Below, piece by piece: positions 60,690 through 64,000 of a stretch of DNA of 64,000 bases (the first letter of the stretch is position 1; every line of letters starts with the position of its first letter). The notes under the pieces are model-generated. The model was not told the DNA's origin. It did no database searches and saw nothing but the letters and a program-made list of their open reading frames with translations. The stretch covers positions 129,332,001 to 129,396,000 of the forward strand of contig NC_091290.1 of NCBI RefSeq assembly GCF_032444005.1, written 5' to 3'. The position numbers were made by a program, and so were the translations under genes. The DNA comes from Ranitomeya imitator (lineage: Eukaryota).

Positions 60690-61447
60690 CTCTCCAGCAT
60701 TTTATTGCAGAGCTGGAATTTTGCCATCAATTTAAGGTCCCCGCACTTAGTCTCATACTCAACAGTCTCCAAAATCTTCTGTTATCGGTGGTGCTCCAAT
60801 TGTTCTCCAGCTGCTGAATAGCTCCAGTGTTTCCTGGGCAATCAGGACGTCATAACTCAACTTAATTCTATGAAAGCCAGAACAAGTCCAGAATGAAACT
60901 CTTACAGACTTACTTTGAGAGCTTCTGACTGTTAAGTCTGCCTTCAGTCACAAAATGGTAGCTGTGGGACATGAGCCACTCTGAGAAAACCTGAAGCAGG
61001 CAGCTAGGGCCAGGAACTTTATGTTAGTGGCACCACTCTAGCTCTGAAATAAGAAAACCACTGGAATTGGGCTTTAAGATATTGTTGATGCACATGTGTT
61101 AGACTTGCATGATGAGGTGAGCTCTCAAAGCCGTAGGTCAGGGTGGGCACATTGAGCAAGAGCTACAGGCATGTAGACACATGGGAAGCGAATATCTGGC
61201 ACACTGGAGACCACAAGAGGTAGAAAGGACATATTTAATCTTGGTCAGCACTCAGAGGTAGGCTAAGAGTACACAGATGTATAGCACTGGTGTGTGAATA
61301 GAGCAAACAAATCTCAAAAATAGCTGCTTGAAGGTAACACTGGATTTGGAACTTGACTGGTATCTGGCAATATTGAGTTAGCGAAGCAATTCGAATTAGT
61401 GCAGCAATTCAGAGGTGTTCCAGGTTGAGAGCACCGAATGGTTAGAG

Positions 61448-61623
61448 CAGGGTTCCTAAACTCCAGTACTCTATTCTACTCTACAGTGAGCCGCCAAGAG
61501 ATCATATTTTCAGGATCTCATTAGTATTGCCCTGGTGATAATTCCATCATCAGTGTAATACTGATGAAACCCTGAAAACATCATCTGTTGGTAGCTCTTG
61601 AGGAATGGAGTTGGGGAACACTG
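61448..61623. mobile_element. Small decayed hAT-like MITE
   Basis: CAGGGTTCCTAAACTCC...GGAGTTGGGGAACACTG termini. The TSD is not clear. Confidence 0.6.
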
Positions 61624-62129
61624 GCCTATATTAATTCTAATATAAAGTGATGTTTTTTGGGGCCTCAAAAGGCCTCAGGAGATTAGGCCTGAAAGCTACC
61701 TTTGCAACTTGCAAATTCCAGCATGCTGCACAGCTGAGGGCAGCTATCTAAGGGGAAGGAAGCAGAAACCGATATACCCAGGGCAGGTGTGTAACAATAT
61801 GTAACACCCAAGCTTATGTTTGTTAGCTATTTTGTCTCTGGTTATATATAGCTTAGGTGATAAATTTCTGATCGCTGGGAGTTTGAAGACTGAGCCCACG
61901 ATGGTTAACAAGAAAAGGAGCCAAGAGTTACCAATTTCAAAGGCCATGTTGTTGAGCATGTGCAACGACACTCCAATCAAATTGTCTGAGAAAGATCACT
62001 GCAGGAATATCCCAATAGAGGATTCTTGACCCTCATGCTCTGAAATAATGGTGGTACCAGCAGTGGGATCATGAGAAATCTTGTAATCTTGTAAGTTATT
62101 GTAAGGAGAAGAACTGGATTGGGAGTACC

Positions 62130-62930
62130 TTTTCGTGACGATGCAGAACTGTTGGGGCTGTCACCAATGTTGCATAGGGGAAAGCTTCAGGCCCCTGACC
62201 AACCTTTGCTCTCAGTGAATGGGGATGCGGCTAAGCTAAAAAAGCTCTGGTGCGCGGGAAATCAGTCAGTCTTGGCAGGAACGTATAGAGTGCAGAAGGC
62301 CAGTGTCAGTACTGCGACCCTTGGGCACCGAGACAGAGCAAGCCTAAGTCTGAGGGGCTTCAGATCCATGACTAGAGACTGTAGATGGAGAGTTGCCCCG
62401 TTTCTGCTGACACCGCTGACCAGTAGTGACAAGGTCCACGGTCAGAGCACAGACATGCGCACATACCACCAGGGAGGCCGGGTGACCCACTGTGAACTGT
62501 ATTCTGATCAGCCTGCTTCCAATCGCCGAGATACCCTAGCCCCTGCTGGGTTTAAAGACTTATTTCCTGTCTGCACTTCGCCTTTCAGACCGAGGACCAC
62601 GAGGAATCATCGCCGCCACCAGGATCCAGGATGCCATGTTTTCCAGGACTACATCGGACCCCAGCATGCGCTGCAGCCTTGGTACCACCATTTGCATCCA
62701 GGAATCCAATTCCTGACATCGTCGGACTGATAAGTCTATTACCCCTTAACTCTTTACCTTGTTTACCTGTGTCTGTTTTTCCCAAGTTACAAACCCCTTC
62801 CTTAATTCAACCCTACCGACCCTTCTCCTTGCGTGGAGTATCCACTGCTAAATTAAACCCCACATTAACCCTTGCTGTGCCTCCAATCCGTTACTGCATC
62901 TTGCAACCTGCTCACATTATCACCAATTCT
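62130..62930. repeat. GC-rich repeat-like segment, possibly a decayed solo LTR
   Basis: Composition shift relative to the flanks. No termini or TSD could be confirmed. Confidence 0.3.
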
Positions 62931-64000
62931 GTGAATAGTTCATGACCAGTATTCTTTGTACAACTCATCCTATGGCCAACCTAAGAAGATATAATATGTA
63001 TTGGGAAGGAAGAGAAGGAGGAATATCATGTTCAGGAAGTCCAACTAAGAGCTAGAATGGAGAGTTGAAGATCAGATCATGAGAATTCCTTATATTAAAT
63101 GCACATCCATTTACCACAATGGCTACAGGGATGATTGAATCTTCTGAAATTCAGATTAGCAATATTTTTCTCAAATTCATCTGGCAAATTTGAATCACAT
63201 TGAATTTATTCCATCCAAATCAAATGTGCACCAATTTCCATTTTTTAACCTCTTACCAACTCCTATGAATCCAGCAAAATGGCAGCTGAAATCCTGTGAA
63301 TTGAATTGTCAAAAAAAATTAGATTGTTCGAATGTGCAAATTTTGGTAAAATTTTAAGCATATTGGATTAAACTATAATCAATTCTTCTCATCATTTCAG
63401 CTATGTAAAACTACATTTTCCACACAGAGCACACTGTTGGAGAAGCATTTACCCCCCCTTAAAAATCTATTGTATGCCTGCAATTCTGGATGTACTGGTA
63501 TCTGCATTAAGAGGGTTGTCTGTGATACAAAACCAGTTGTTCGAATGAGTGCCTAAAACCTTGTAATATATATTTTTAACAGAAGGAAGCTTACAGAAGC
63601 AGCCTGTAGTTCCCCTTTATCGGATTGAAGTCTCTCTGAAAATGCTCAAAAAAGGTCCAGTGAACAAAAAAATTGTTCTATTGTAGCTCTGTCAACGACA
63701 TACAGAGAGCAGGACATGCAGTCTATTAACAACAGTCTCATTGTAAAGGAGGATCATGCTGTGAGAGGGAGGAGGGAGCTGCAAGTGGAAAAAATGTTTA
63801 TTTGCGGAAAGTGAGAATAGGCTTGAAATATGCAGGTCAGACGCATTTCTCGTTTCAATGTATCCTACTATATATTTTTTTATTTTTCCAGCATTTCTGT
63901 ATTCTTCGTGTGTTCAGAGGGTTCATCTGATTTGCAGTATGAAGCGATGCTGAAATAGATACATACATTATCCTTGGAGAAAATGGTTTTATCCTGACAC

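Noticed and set aside
62119-62730. 203-aa ORF as a possible host or viral gene
   Set aside because: It has no recognisable domain, starts at a non-ATG codon, has no splice context and lies in GC-rich repeat-like DNA.

Overview
This is eukaryotic, repeat-dominated, non-coding DNA. The repeat families resemble those of anuran (frog) genomes, which is an inference. No host protein-coding exon, RNA gene or CRISPR array is recognisable. All long ORFs are retroelement-derived. They belong to three chromodomain-bearing Ty3/Gypsy proviruses of the Tf1/sushi (PEG10-related) type from two families (302-5488, 13863-19948 with an uninterrupted 1613-aa gag-pol, and 28804-34192) and a 5'-truncated Penelope-like element with a GIY-YIG endonuclease. 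The rest comprises solo LTRs, a nested stack of four elements at 39.3-43.4 kb, Tc1/hAT/L1 fossils, many MITEs (TTAA piggyBac/Kolobok-like, TTA Harbinger-like, 8-bp-TSD hAT-like), satellites, two assembly gaps and several TE-free AT-rich stretches that look like candidate enhancers. The strongest signals read directly from sequence are five. (1) Both Gypsy families lack a tRNA PBS and instead carry a PBS complementary to their own predicted mRNA 5' end, 29-30 nt after the TATA box, with compensatory changes between copies (self-priming). (2) One family makes 6-bp G-N4-C target duplications. (3) A canonical hammerhead ribozyme lies in a 239-bp TSD-flanked retroposon. (4) Pol reads through into the 3' LTR. 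(5) A hAT-MITE tandem array can be reconstructed from its target-site duplications.
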